The translations under genes were made by a program, and so were the position numbers. This document shows positions 22,153-34,189 of a stretch of 64,000 bases of DNA, one piece after another; position 1 is the stretch's first letter; every line of letters begins with the position of its first letter. The notes under the pieces were generated by a model. The model did not search any database. It had not been told where the DNA came from and worked only from the letters and a program-made list of their open reading frames with translations. The DNA is from Paramoeba atlantica. Lineage: Eukaryota > Protista > Discosea. The stretch covers positions 496,001 through 560,000 of the forward strand of contig CDRNVI010000002.1 in NCBI GenBank assembly GCA_977017575.1, written 5' to 3'.

Positions 22153-22903
22153 TTTCCTGTCCAAAGATATCATGCACCGAATTAAACGAGCCAGGCTCCT
22201 AGCGCTTCCGAAACCGGACAATGGTGTCAGACCGATTGCAATGGGTGAGGTAATCTTGAAACTCGCGGAAATACTTCTTCTTCAGCGCTATGAAAAGTCT
22301 TTACCCCCACTGTTCGCGCCATACCAATACGGGGTAATGATGAAGAGCGGTTGCGAAAAAGTAATACACGAATTAACTGACTTACATCGCTTAGGGCATG
22401 CGATTCTTTCGGTAGACCTCCGTAACGCATTTAACTCGCCGTCCCGCGACGACATATCAAGATGTGTTTTCGGTTTTTCCACACTGAGACCTTTCAGAAG
22501 GATGTTCACAGCTGAGTACGCAGATCCATCCGAGCTTCTTTTCTACGGCGCAGATGGGAAATTTGCAGGAGTGGTGCAAAGTTCCTCTGGCGTGCGTCAA
22601 GGCTCCCCTCTCTTGACGCTCTACTTTTGCGCTTTGATGCAACCAATACTCGAGACGCTGGCAGAAGAATTTCCTGGAATCAAAATCTTTGCCTTCATTG
22701 ATGACATCAACTTGGCCTCAGCAAACAGTACCCTCCTGGCGAAAGCCTTCGACCGGTTACGTGCACTCCTGACGGCGAACAGCTTAGAAGTTGCGCCCAC
22801 GAAATGTGTCTGGTTCGGAGGGAAGAATAAGATACAGCTTCCTGATTTACTACACGATCAAGGCATAAGATGTGAGTTTGAAATCATAAAAATTCTTTCA
22901 TAG
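22153..22903 (+). pseudogene. CRE-like (A) RT fragment
   Basis: GVRPIAMGE, SVDLRNAFN, GVRQGSPL, AFIDDI. Confidence 0.88.
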
Positions 22904-23159
22904 TTTACGGAGAGAATTGGGCGAATAAATTATTTACGTTATACCAGTTTATCTATTGTGTGATGGCCGAGGGGCATTGTACCTGTTGTAAGAATTCAAC
23001 TGATTTGATATATACACCCCCCAGATGTAACCCCATGTGTATACAGACGAATATGACGTTTGCTATGGTGATTATAAATTCAAGACTTTATTTCCTTTGT
23101 TAATTCGCGACAGTTAAAGTTTCCGTCGCAAGGATGATCGTAATGTTGCTCGACAAACG

Positions 23160-23981
23160 TTGATGGGCAAGTTGCGCAAGGAAGGTCTTGACTTATGGGG
23201 GGTGTGGGAAGATAAGCCGTCTAAGGAGTACCCCTTTCCTCACCCGGATTTGGACTATTTTGAGATTAACATTATTGAGGATCGCGAGGTGCCGTCATCA
23301 GTTGCTAATTCGCAAGTCCCTATTTCTGAGCCAGTGGGATCGTCTGGGGAACTGCCAAGTAGCGCCCAAGAAATGGCAGGGGGGAGACAGATTGAGGGAC
23401 CCTCCTTGACGCTTCCGGAGGCCCCACAGGAGGGCAGTCCCAGGCTCCTTGACCCCAACGCATTGAACCCTTATGAACCGATAACCTTTGAACCGTGGAT
23501 TAATGCGTTAGACGACGACGGATTCCGTACCAGAGATTTGATTCGCGAGCTGAGAGAGGCCCCGGAATTTGGTTTGCATGGTAACCGATTTTATTATGAT
23601 CGGAGCTTCGTTGAGCGGCAGGAACGTGTGTTCAATTCGATTTTTTGCAAGTGGATTGTTTTTGCTCGGTTGATACCAAATTGGAACCAAGGGGTCTATC
23701 TCGAGATGGGACGCGGAATAATTCAAACCCTTCGGGATGCTTACTGTCGGGCGCGCCGAGTTGACGTTGATCTCGTCCACCAGAAAATGGAGAAAGATGT
23801 ACGCCCAGAGGACAAATTTTATCATCATGTGAGCGATCAGTTAGTCGAACGACAACAACTGTACGCCCGAGTCCAATCGTTTTCTACTTCAGGAACGCAA
23901 GTTTCACGCCCAAATCCAGTACCTTTTCGTCAGACCGGACCTCTTCAGCGACGAAATTTGTTGTGTTTCTTTTGTTGTTGA
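23160..23981 (+). pseudogene. Gag-like ORF fragment of a YR element
   Basis: YPFPHPDLDYFEINI (Tudor-like tail); helical middle like 39767-41059; ends at an incipient LCFFC knuckle. Confidence 0.55.
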
Positions 23982-24164
23982 TTTCTTTTTCTTTCCTAAT
24001 TGATCCGGGAACTGTTCTTTTTTACTTTGAGGCTTTGCTGGTTTCGAGGGGACAAGTGTCATCCATGCTGTTTTATGCTGTTTTATGTGGTCCAACATAT
24101 ATTCAGCTCGATCTTTTTGTTTCATTCAAAACCAAGGCCAGAGAACAGGAGGATAGGCCATATT

Positions 24165-24370
24165 CCTTTGTTTTTTTGAAGACCTTTGTTTTTTTGAAGA
24201 CCTTTGTTTTTTTGAAGACCTTTGTTTTTTTGAAGACCGTATACTTTATATAGGATCTCTACAAAGTACGATATTCACACAAAATGAAATTCTTAAGACA
24301 ACGTTTTTTATTAAGACAACGTTTTTTATTAAGACAAAAAAAAAAGACCATCGTTTTTTGTAAGACCATC
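24165..24370 (+). repeat. Short AAGAC-(T)n arrays in the leader of the CRE at 24393
   Basis: 4x GAAGACCTTTGTTTTTTT, 2x AAGACAACGTTTTTTATT, 2x AAGACCATCGTT. Confidence 0.85.
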
Positions 24371-25644
24371 GTTCCTACTCTTTTTCTTTGAAATGGGCAT
24401 GCTCACGCGTGCCAAAGCGAAGGAGACGGGGGTAGCTCCCGTCGTCCAGTCGCTTCCCCCCACACGCCGGAAGAAGAGACTCCCCGCGGAAAAGCCAACG
24501 CTACTACCGCCGCCATCGCCACCACCGCCCCAGCAGTCGCCACCGCCGCAGCAACGATCGCCACCACCACCACAGCCACCACTGCAGCCACCACCGCAAC
24601 GACCGGACCAATCGTCAATCAATTTCACGGCCCCGAAGTCGCGTGAGCCATCATGCAACAGACCGGAGAAAGGCAGCGCGAGTTGCGAAACAAGCGTATC
24701 AACAAAGAACACCTCCCTAACCTCTTACCCTTCAATAGGCAAAGCGTCGCCCGGTAAAATCGTCATCCGTCGACGCGGCACTCGTTATAGATCCTTCCAG
24801 CACCTGCTTGATACAATGAAAGAACAGGAGGCTGTCGCAAAAGAAACCGCCACGAAGGAAGCTGCCGCGAAAGAAGGCGCCGCGCAGGAAGCTGCCGCGA
24901 AAGCGATAACAGCGAAACAGGCTTCACAAGAAGGACTCGAAAAAGTAACTCCAAACCGGGTAGCGGTAAATCAGACAAATCGGCTGGCGGCCATCGGGAA
25001 AGTGGCCGGTTTTGTCGGGAAAACAGTCTGGAAGGGACTTCAAACCCTCAACGGAGCTCATTTATTGAAGAGAGATGAAAGCCCACTAAAAAAACAATAC
25101 GTCAACGGCTACTCAAATCATGGGGAGGGATGGTTTCACGACGTGCGAGGTTTCGACATCTTCTCCGACGCGCCCGAAGGGGATACACCTGATACGTCTG
25201 GTCCGTTGAAGCTGAGGAGCCAAAAACCGTTGAAGCTGAGACTTGATACTCCCGAATATGGCACTAGTTTCTCCTTCGGGAGACGTGGGGCATTCGGAAT
25301 GAATCAGGGCTAACACCCAGTTCGCCGAATAGCGAGGGCTTAGCTCTCCACGTGCCCGGGGAAGGAAGTCCTAGGATCTGCGGAGGCAGCAAATCGCTCA
25401 CCGATTTGCATACCCTATTCGAAACTCGCAAGAGTTTCGATGATCCAGCGACCAGGCTCCTTCCCCCAAGTTCCCCTGCTTTCTCAGGGGAGGCGACATC
25501 CTTGTACTAGGGTAACCGCCTGTAATCACTATCACTATCACTATCACACCTGATACGTATTTCACGCCTGTAAAACCCGATTATCGGACTCCCAACGATG
25601 ATGAAACACCACCTACATGTACATCGCGTGCATCACAATCGGAG

Positions 25645-26718
25645 GGCTAGGGGGGACCTTCGATGAATCTTCATCGAAAGTTGTACACTTTCGATGAAGC
25701 ACATCGAAAGTTGTACACTTTCGATGAATCTTCATCGAAGGTGTTTTTGACTTTTTTTGACTTTTTTAACTTTTTGTTTTTGAACGAATTTTTCCATTGG
25801 CTGTTGAAAACACGTTGCATGAAACATATAATTTCATTTTAATTTCAATAATTTTTTGTTTTTTTGTCTGAATTCTGACTTTCCGTTTTCTTTCACATTT
25901 TGGCTTGGGGGTACGTTCGTTGATTTCTCAACGAACGTACCCTGTGACCGTAAAAAATCTGCAGGACCTTAGAGGGAGGAGGAAGAAAGGCCCAACTGAT
26001 AACTACTTGATAATCTTGATAATCTTGACCAACTACCTTGATAACAAATTTTAGTACCCATTCGTGGGAAGCAATTTGCGAAGCCCAACTACCTTGATAA
26101 CAAATTTTAGTACCCATTTTGGCCGCGCGGGGGCCCCCGCGTGAGCGGGGGTGCGCGCGGCCGCGAAACGGCGAGGGCCCGCGTGAGCGGGCCTGAGCCG
26201 TACCCCGCGTAGGGTTCCCCTGTGCGTCGTTAGTGGGAAGCAATTTGCGAAGCTCACTGAATTTCGTAGTTTTCGCTACGCAGGCGTTGTCAACGTATAT
26301 AGCGAAGTGTAGGATACTGAACGCACGGAAAATGAAAATCAAAAAAAAATTCTTGGATGTTCCACAAAAGTCCTTGACTTATGCAAAAGTCCTTGATTTC
26401 CACCGTGAATTTCCGTTCGTTGAGTACTCAACGAAAATCCGGCACTTCGTTGAGTACTCAACGAAAATCCTGTGTTTACCCCTTCCGCAGGATTGTCGCT
26501 CAAAATATGTATATGGATCAGTCAAAAACGCTTCGATGAAGATAAACTGAAGAAACGGTGAAATTCCTCTACGAGCCTTCACAAAACACTTCGATGATGC
26601 ACCAAAAAAGTCAAAATGTCTATATGGATCCGCGGAAAACGTTTGCGTGAAGATTTGAAAAAATAAAAAAAAAGTCAAAAACACCTTCGATGAAGCTTCA
26701 TCGAAGGTCCCCCCTACC
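25645..26718. mobile_element. Non-autonomous TIR DNA transposon (MITE-like), 1074 bp, 9-bp TSD CAATCGGAG
   Basis: TIRs GG(C/G)TAGGGGGACCTTCGATGAA; TSD 25636-25644 and 26719-26727; removal restores ...SRASQSEQDENE. Confidence 0.88.
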
Positions 26719-27378
26719 CCAATCGGAGCAGGATGAAAATGAAACGGCGGGAGACTTCCACGATTGCGAATCTCCTCCACCCTTTTCCACCACCAAGGCA
26801 GAGGCCGCCGTCTCGAATGCACAGGCTGGACACGCAGAAACAAGAACTCTTTCTCCGCAATATCCCCCCCTCCCAGCACCTCTTCCGGTAGACAACGAAA
26901 ACAACCCGTCGATCCCACTACCGATCGGTGAACTTTACACTGCCGGAATGGTTGAAAGAGAGGATGGTGATTATAGCATAGGGGAGATAATTCAACCCAC
27001 CTAAAATCAGGAAGGTACGACAGAAGGAGGACACGAGCCCGACAAGGTCAACTCGATCGATCCGCATGCCAGACACGACGACTTAGAAAGAATTTGCTTC
27101 GACGAAGAAGTCGATTCTGGACGGCTATGCACTGAGCTTGGGTCTATGTCACCGCAGTCTCACTATCCGATTCCCGCCGATCATTTGTGGAATGCCTCGA
27201 AACATGTCAAAAAGGGAGCGATGTGCACCATCGCATGGACATTCGATAACCGAGACCAGATCAATATATCTATTGGCAAAGTTACCAGTCGATCCCGCAC
27301 ATTCCCAATGCAGCCCTTCCCGTCCCTGATTGGACTGACGACGATCTGGACCGCGCACCTATCCCAACATCACGAGTT

Positions 27379-30099
27379 ATGAGGCCTGAGTTAATACCAG
27401 GCGTCATCGCCACATACCGAGAAATAATGAGTGACTACGCGAACAGCCCTTACCCACAAAGACACAAAATCTGGCACGCGGTCCTCTCGGCCATGAAAAC
27501 ATCCTTAGCTACACTTCGACAACAATCCAATCGCAACAGACGTCGGCGACCATTCCCGCCGGAGGAAACAGCGCGAGACTCAGCCCAACAGAATATGAAA
27601 GATGGGAAAGCACTTTTGGATCGTTCGAATGGAAAAGAAGACAATGGAGACGAACTTTCGGAGAACAAGGGAGACCTCACGGCTTCTGATAAACGAGCCA
27701 TTAAAAGAGCAACACGGCTCGTGATAGAAGGATATGCCAGGAAAGGAGCTCAAGTGCTTGACCGCAAAATTGAGAAGCAATACTTATCCGAAGAAGAGAC
27801 ATTCAAGAAACTTCAAGACTTACACCCACAAAACCCATACGAACTTGATCTTCCATGTGACGCCCCCCTAATAGGCGGACTCACCCCTACTGAACTCCGC
27901 TCTGCTGGGTTGCGCCTCGCCAAAGGAGTTAGCCCCGGACCAACTGGTACGACGGACACGATAGTACGCATACTCATCGATGGCCCTGTATGCTGCGGGA
28001 GTCTTTGCCACATGATTCAGGACCTGATCAATGGATTTCTCACTAAAGAACTGATGCGCCGATTAACACGAGCAAGGTTAATTGGTATTCCCAAGCCTGA
28101 TGGAGGCATCCGCCCGATCGCAATTGGTGAAGTCCTAATGAAACTTTCTGGCTTGGTCCTTGTTCAGCGATTTGAACCCACCCTGCAACCGCTATTTGCG
28201 CCGCTCCAACAAGGAGTGCTATCTAAGTCAGGCTGCGAGAAGATTGTACATCGGCTAAACTCCCTATATCGCGACGGCTCGTGCATCCTATCCGTAGATG
28301 TAAAAAACGCCTTCAACTCCCCATCGCGACCAGCCCTGGCGAAAGCCGTATATGGTCTTGCTACATTGAAACCCTTCCAGAGGTTTTTCCATGCTGAATA
28401 CGCAACGGCATCTGAGTTGCTATACTACGGAAATCAAGGTCACCATGTAGGAACAATTCCAAGCACAAATGGTGTCCGACAAGGGTCCACACTTTCATCG
28501 GTTTATTTCTGTGCCCTATTGCAACCAATCCTTGAAACTCTGTCTGCAGAGCACCCTGATATCACAATCAACGCTTATGTCGATGATGTAACTATTGCGT
28601 CAAAAAACCCCGAGCGATTGGCCAGTGCCTTCTCCCGACTAAAAACGCTTCTAGAGGAACAAAATCTAATAGTTGCTCCCAAAAAATGTGTCTGGTTTGG
28701 CGGACTGGAAGAAGAACCATTACCACAAGAATTAGAGAGCGCCGGGGTAATCACCAAAAAAAAAGCAACAAAAATCCTTGGGGCTTTCATCGGGGACGAC
28801 AAATCGGTCAGCGAACGCCTAATACAGTCACTGACGAAGCACAACGACAGCTTCCGACGGCTCAAATTGATGGGGGTTAACAATGTATCGTGCAATCTGC
28901 TTTCCAGATGTATAAACGTTAGACAGGCCTACCACCTCCGTGCACACAACCCCACCGCTTCAGCTGAACTAGCGACCCGATTCGACAAAGAGGTAGAAAA
29001 CGTTCTTACATCATGGTTCGGACATCTCTCGGATGAACAAATCGCGTTGCTGCGAATGCCCACAAAAAAAGGAGGACTTGGCTTGACAGACTGCTCTTCC
29101 ACGCGAGAGGCCGCGTACCGCTCCTCATGCCACTCTGTTCTTGAGCGCCCCATAAACAATTCAGCTCGGACAGATGGAATCAGGGAGCGAAATGTTGGAT
29201 CAGCGGGCCACCTTCAGAGCAACATACCTCCGGTAGACGAAACCACGACGGCGGCTCAAAAGCACATCAAAATTTGGAAAAAGATGACCCGCGAGCAATC
29301 AAACATAGCGAAGGTACTCGAAAAAGTAACACACAAAGGCAATAACGGATGGACGCACTCTGACGCGCGACTCATACCATCACACCTGTTCAGTCTCGCC
29401 GTCATGCCCCGATTGGGGATCGCTCACCCAGATCTGCCATCACACATCACATGCCCCGGCTGCAGAATTCTTCTTGACTCCGATTCAATCTTGACACACA
29501 TCATGGGCTGTACAAAATGCGGTGGTCTCAATGCCACGACTAAACACAACACTCTGGTCAACTTCATTTACGAACTCTGTATGAAAACAGGCATTCCGTG
29601 CGAAAAGGAGCCCCGTGCACTGTCAACTTTCCGCTGCACACAATGTAACGAGATCGTTAACCCCAATCACCGAAAACTTCACGAGAAAACGTGTGGTGGG
29701 CGGTCGTTTCATCGGTCCGGTCCTGACATTGTTATATATTGGGCAACCGGCGAGATATACTACGATCTAACAGTCATCCACGAATTGGCACCCTCAAACC
29801 TTGACACAAAGTGTGCACATTTATTCCGCGACGCCTGTCGACGAAAACATGACACATACTTCAAGACCGGGAAGATCATGGCTGAAAGCTTTCAATGTAT
29901 ACCTGTCCTCTCAGGGGGTGCAATGCATTCAAACACGATGGCTCTTATGGATGCTCTCGCAGATGCCTGTGGAATGCAACGCAAACGCGTTTATGCCGAA
30001 TTTCAGCTATTGTTGCAGGAGCTTAATGGGGCGGTAGCATATTCACAGCTGAGTCGATACCTTCGCAAGGAGGACAAAAGTCGGGAATATGCTTTCTAA
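27379..30099 (+). CDS. RT plus Zn fingers plus RLE of CRE-like element
   Basis: AYVDDV, GGLGL, CPGC..H..C..C, KHN, RSGPDI, YYDLTVIHE. Confidence 0.93.
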   Translation: MRPELIPGVIATYREIMSDYANSPYPQRHKIWHAVLSAMKTSLATLRQQSNRNRRRRPFPPEETARDSAQQNMKDGKALLDRSNGKEDNGDELSENKGDLTASDKRAIKRATRLVIEGYARKGAQVLDRKIEKQYLSEEETFKKLQDLHPQNPYELDLPCDAPLIGGLTPTELRSAGLRLAKGVSPGPTGTTDTIVRILIDGPVCCGSLCHMIQDLINGFLTKELMRRLTRARLIGIPKPDGGIRPIAIGEVLMKLSGLVLVQRFEPTLQPLFAPLQQGVLSKSGCEKIVHRLNSLYRDGSCILSVDVKNAFNSPSRPALAKAVYGLATLKPFQRFFHAEYATASELLYYGNQGHHVGTIPSTNGVRQGSTLSSVYFCALLQPILETLSAEHPDITINAYVDDVTIASKNPERLASAFSRLKTLLEEQNLIVAPKKCVWFGGLEEEPLPQELESAGVITKKKATKILGAFIGDDKSVSERLIQSLTKHNDSFRRLKLMGVNNVSCNLLSRCINVRQAYHLRAHNPTASAELATRFDKEVENVLTSWFGHLSDEQIALLRMPTKKGGLGLTDCSSTREAAYRSSCHSVLERPINNSARTDGIRERNVGSAGHLQSNIPPVDETTTAAQKHIKIWKKMTREQSNIAKVLEKVTHKGNNGWTHSDARLIPSHLFSLAVMPRLGIAHPDLPSHITCPGCRILLDSDSILTHIMGCTKCGGLNATTKHNTLVNFIYELCMKTGIPCEKEPRALSTFRCTQCNEIVNPNHRKLHEKTCGGRSFHRSGPDIVIYWATGEIYYDLTVIHELAPSNLDTKCAHLFRDACRRKHDTYFKTGKIMAESFQCIPVLSGGAMHSNTMALMDALADACGMQRKRVYAEFQLLLQELNGAVAYSQLSRYLRKEDKSREYAF

Positions 30100-30339
30100 A
30101 GCACGGAACAATGCGCCTTCGCCAGTGCACTGATTTCAATTCGCTGAGAATCTAACGCTGAGAATCTAAGAACATATAATATAAGAATGAAAAAAAAACT
30201 ATAAAAGTTTACGAAAAGAATTGCACAATGGAAATTTTGATTTTACTTGAACTTGAATATCGTGAAGTTCTGCCTGATTGACATTCCATGTGCCAGGGTT
30301 GTAGTTATATTCTCACAGTAGTCAAAAAAAAATAAATTT

Positions 30340-32420
30340 TGAACAGATAGCCGAGGCCAGACGCAGCCGGCGACGTCCACTGAAAGAAAACCTTGTGTTT
30401 CGGTTGCCGGTCACCAGAACATATCTGGCGCAATTGTCCCAAGCGCTTTAATCAGGATTTTCGCTCGGGGGTGGCTGGCCCTGCCGCAGGCAGCAAGAGT
30501 TTATGACTAAACCCCACCCAAACGGCCAGTACTATAATTACATTCAAACGAAAACAAACAAGCCTTTTTACGCAAGCCCCGAAGCGGAGGAGAGTGGAAT
30601 GCAATTTGGTTGTGAAGGATGTTCAGAACTTAAGCGGGAGGTGCGTGCAATCCGAGAGTATTTACGGCGGAACTTTGAGTCTACAGCAGGCGTGTCCAGC
30701 ACGCTTCAAATTGGTGAAATTGTTAATGGGGGTGTCCACACTGACACCGGAAATACGAAACGCATTGGATGCCATGGGAGAGATGTGGAGCACAACAACG
30801 TGGCAAGCGAGGGCTCGCTTGTGGGAAAGACTGACAATGTTTTGTCAGTGGAGGGGAATAGAGGTCACCCCAATTCACGCGGTCGCATTTATCGCAAGTT
30901 TGCCAATTCGAATCCAAGCAAAGTTAACGTACGCACGCAGCCTTGCATCAATTCTCAACCTGGCAGGGCAAGTGGTGAATCCTCTGCGCTTCTACGTAAA
31001 ATCATTGATGGCCGAGGGGGCGACGGAGCCGCTACGCCAGATGACCCCATTGACTCTGACCGATCTAAATCAACTGTGGCTCCATCTACCGGACAGCGAA
31101 AGACATACCTTGCTACTTTGTTGGAAGGCAGCAAGTCGGTGGTCAGAGACGGCAGTGTTGACCCGAGACAAGTTTCACGAGATATCGCCTACCAGGATAG
31201 TGATTTGGTGGGGGCGCCACACAAAAACGTCTCGCTTCAATCCTTACCGCCCGTCAATGTATACGGTAGTGGAAGGTCCGGGAACGAGCCGGCTGGCGAA
31301 CTATATTTCCAGACTTGGGGGGTACCAGCCAATGTCTCGAACAACGGTATCCGAAGCGGATCGCCAAATAAGGCGCATTTTGGGGGAAGGATTCGGGACG
31401 CACTCTGCCAAGAGGGGGGCGATAACTCAGTTGTTCGCCGAGGTCGCAAAGGGGGGTACGAGCCTCGAGGAAGTACAGCGGTTAGCGAAGCATCAGTCGC
31501 TGGAGTCACTCCTAAGATACAATGCAGACCCCGTTACGACAGCGCTAGCGCTGGGTACGCAGAACGCGACAAGCCGGTTAAACATAATGTAGACGCTGAT
31601 TTAGTTTTTCGCAAGTTTTTGGAGGACATTCCTCACGAGAAAGTTCGGCATACGATCACACGTACACGACGCACTTCGAAAGTAGCGCTCCCAAAAGATT
31701 TTTCCATCCCATTGCATGTGAGAAAAGGTATTCCACGCATTGAAGTGCAAGCCCTCAGGAATATGATGAATGAGACTGCGGGAGCTCGATTCGATGAGAC
31801 GTGGAATACGTTGTTATCTTTACCAGGGGTGGCATCTCGGGTTCCCACATATCGATCTTTCTTGCCGGAGGGAGATGTAAAGGAGTTGGTCGACGCGGGT
31901 TTCGTTTCGCGTGTGGATGCAGAACAGGAGAGTAGTCGCCCCACGATGGATTGGGTAATCCCTTTCACTGTTGTTGAACCGGCCGATGATGGCTCCGAGA
32001 GAAGACGTTTTATTGCATGGACACAGGAGGATAATGAGCGGATTAAGGAGAGTTACGTGCCATATGTTCCTGTGAGACACGCAGCTTTCTATCTACACCG
32101 CGCGAAGGAACAGAGTGCGGTGAAGCGTGATCTTGCGTGCGGATTTTGGCAGGTCGCAATTCCGTTATCATACCGTCAAAAAATTCGTTTCGTGAATAAA
32201 ATGGGGGACCTGTATGAGATGACGGTGATGCCGATGGGCCACCGGTGTGCACCGGAGCTGATGCACGCATTAACTGCAACGCTGGCTGGAGATAGAGAAT
32301 ATTGTGAGAACAAGATGGCGTTTTTTCATGGAGGCCTCGATACTTATATCGATGGAATTCGATTTGCAGGGAATGACAAGATCACAAACGACTTTGCGCG
32401 ATTCGTGGACGATAGGATAC
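30340..32420 (+). mobile_element. YR retrotransposon family 2 (gag end with CCHC knuckle, YR, RT truncated after YIDG)
   Basis: CFGCRSPEHIWRNC near 30395-30438; RT KRDLACGFWQ, PMGHRCAPE, YIDG. Confidence 0.88.
30594..31592 (+). CDS. Tyrosine recombinase
   Basis: WKAASRW, THSAKRG, AKHQ, LLRY. Confidence 0.88.
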   Translation: MECNLVVKDVQNLSGRCVQSESIYGGTLSLQQACPARFKLVKLLMGVSTLTPEIRNALDAMGEMWSTTTWQARARLWERLTMFCQWRGIEVTPIHAVAFIASLPIRIQAKLTYARSLASILNLAGQVVNPLRFYVKSLMAEGATEPLRQMTPLTLTDLNQLWLHLPDSERHTLLLCWKAASRWSETAVLTRDKFHEISPTRIVIWWGRHTKTSRFNPYRPSMYTVVEGPGTSRLANYISRLGGYQPMSRTTVSEADRQIRRILGEGFGTHSAKRGAITQLFAEVAKGGTSLEEVQRLAKHQSLESLLRYNADPVTTALALGTQNATSRLNIM

Positions 32421-32424
32421 AACA

Positions 32425-33033
32425 TTGCCGCAGCCGAGCTCACCACCAAGTCAATCTGACAAAATTATGGCAAATAAACCCTCCTTCTATGATACCCTTG
32501 CGGCGCACTTCCCTTCACGGTTTCCAACGAGAGCCGCACGTAACCGTCGTCCGCTCCATTCTCCGCCGCTTCTGAACTCCTCCGCCCCCTCAGCTCTACC
32601 GCGCCCTATGCCACCCCCGCTCGCCTCACCACAGCTAATCCGACTGAGCCCCTCTCCCCCAAAAGGTGCTTCAACGGAGACGCCTCCGCCGCCTAAAGGA
32701 TTCTCGCACCGCAAGGATCACGAGATGGGCACGCCACAAAGAACAATACCAGTTGCGGTTTCACGAAAAGATTCAGAATTTCCACCATCGATCTCGTCGA
32801 CAAACGTTTCGCCAAACGTCGCATCAGAATCACCAAACATCAGGTCTCAGAAAACCATGAAAATTACAATTTCAAAGTCAAACATTCGGAGGCAAACGTT
32901 CAACGATTTGTGGACACGCATGCAGAAAGAAAAACGAGAAGCTCAGCGAAAGAACGCCTCGGTAGCACCGCGCATAGTCCAATCTTCTCCTATTAGCAAA
33001 ACTCCTCCAGAAACGCATCCCTTTGCACAGTAG
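32425..33033 (+). pseudogene. Pro-rich N-terminal fragment, probably CRE family A
   Basis: Composition and RRQTFNDLWTRMQKE resemble the CRE N-termini. Confidence 0.45.
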
Positions 33034-34072
33034 TATCGATCGCTGGCGGCGCTTGATGCCACGCTAGTTTATAGATCCGTACGTCCTCTTGTGGAGGTAA
33101 AACCCCGGAAAATTGTTCCCCAACTTTGTGACCAACAACGCCCCGATACGAGATAGATAACTTACCAAATCCTCCACGCTTACTATGTGTTCGAGTGACT
33201 TTGCCTATTGAGATGTTAAGCGCACCTTGTTTGTTAAATGTCCAGGCCACTGTACACATTGCGCCCGGTTTGATTTGCTTCGAATGCGTCCAAATCTCAT
33301 CCGGCGAGGCCGGAAATTGTGACTCGGGCGTTACATTCTTCATCAGGTCAAAGGATTTATTCTCCTCTGTGCTTGGGTCTATTCCGATAAACATGATCGC
33401 TGAATTTTTCTCGTTCTGTGACTTCGTTGCATTTGGCTCCCGCTCGGGTAATTCCGCATCGATTTTGGGACTTGATGGAGACCCCAACTGAGAGAGAAGC
33501 TGATCACGTTGGTTCGTTTTTTTCATGGGAGTTTCGGGAGTGTTGCACTCAAAAAACTGACGTGGCTCATCTGATGGGGAAGACGGCTCTTCAGAGAAAA
33601 CATCAAAATTGTGAACGTCGTGCACGTAACCATTACCGATCCATCTGTAGCCTTCAAATCGAGGGTCTTTGGGATCTGGATGCATCTCGATGTTGGTTTC
33701 ATTGGCGTCATTTGCTACCGTCGGCGGGGTATTCGTGTTCACTTGAGAATTCCCGTGATGTGATTTATGACATGTAACCGCAGTTCCATTTGTCGTTTCC
33801 GCTGTCACATTCTGGATCCTTATCCGAGTTGAATCATCCTCGTTTCGCAGTTTCACTGGTGATGGACTGTGGCTGCGATTAGGAAGTTGAGGCAGCTGAT
33901 TGCTTTGCTGACTGCTTGCAATCGATGTCAAAGTTGAGACAGCTGCGCCGCACGTTTTCGCTGCCATGCCGCACGATTTCGTGATAATGGAACTCCATCC
34001 ATTTACTTGATACGTAATTTTTTCGCCATAGGAAAAAGGTAGTAAACTGTATTGAAATAAACTGTATCTCAA
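32993..34072 (-). pseudogene. CRE-like (A) N-terminal fragment with Tudor-like domain
   Basis: GAMCTVAWTFNKQ...NISIGKV...LPPQEDVRIYK; GYVHDVHNFDVFS matches GWFHDVRGFDIFS at 24393. Confidence 0.8.
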
Positions 34073-34189
34073 TCATTTAATGTTTGGTTGTAATCTGATA
34101 GTGATCTTTGTTGCTATTACAATAGATTTCAAAATATCTGCATAATCATCGAGTATGATGCGCGCTGTCTAAACTAAAAACACCATGAA

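Larger units (their letters stand above)
24393..30200 (+). mobile_element. Near full-length CRE-like (A) element; 5' half decayed and hosting a TIR element
   Basis: MGMLTRAKAKETG start; 906-aa RT-RLE ORF; 3'UTR with AGTTTACGAAAAGAATT and A-tract. Confidence 0.88.
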
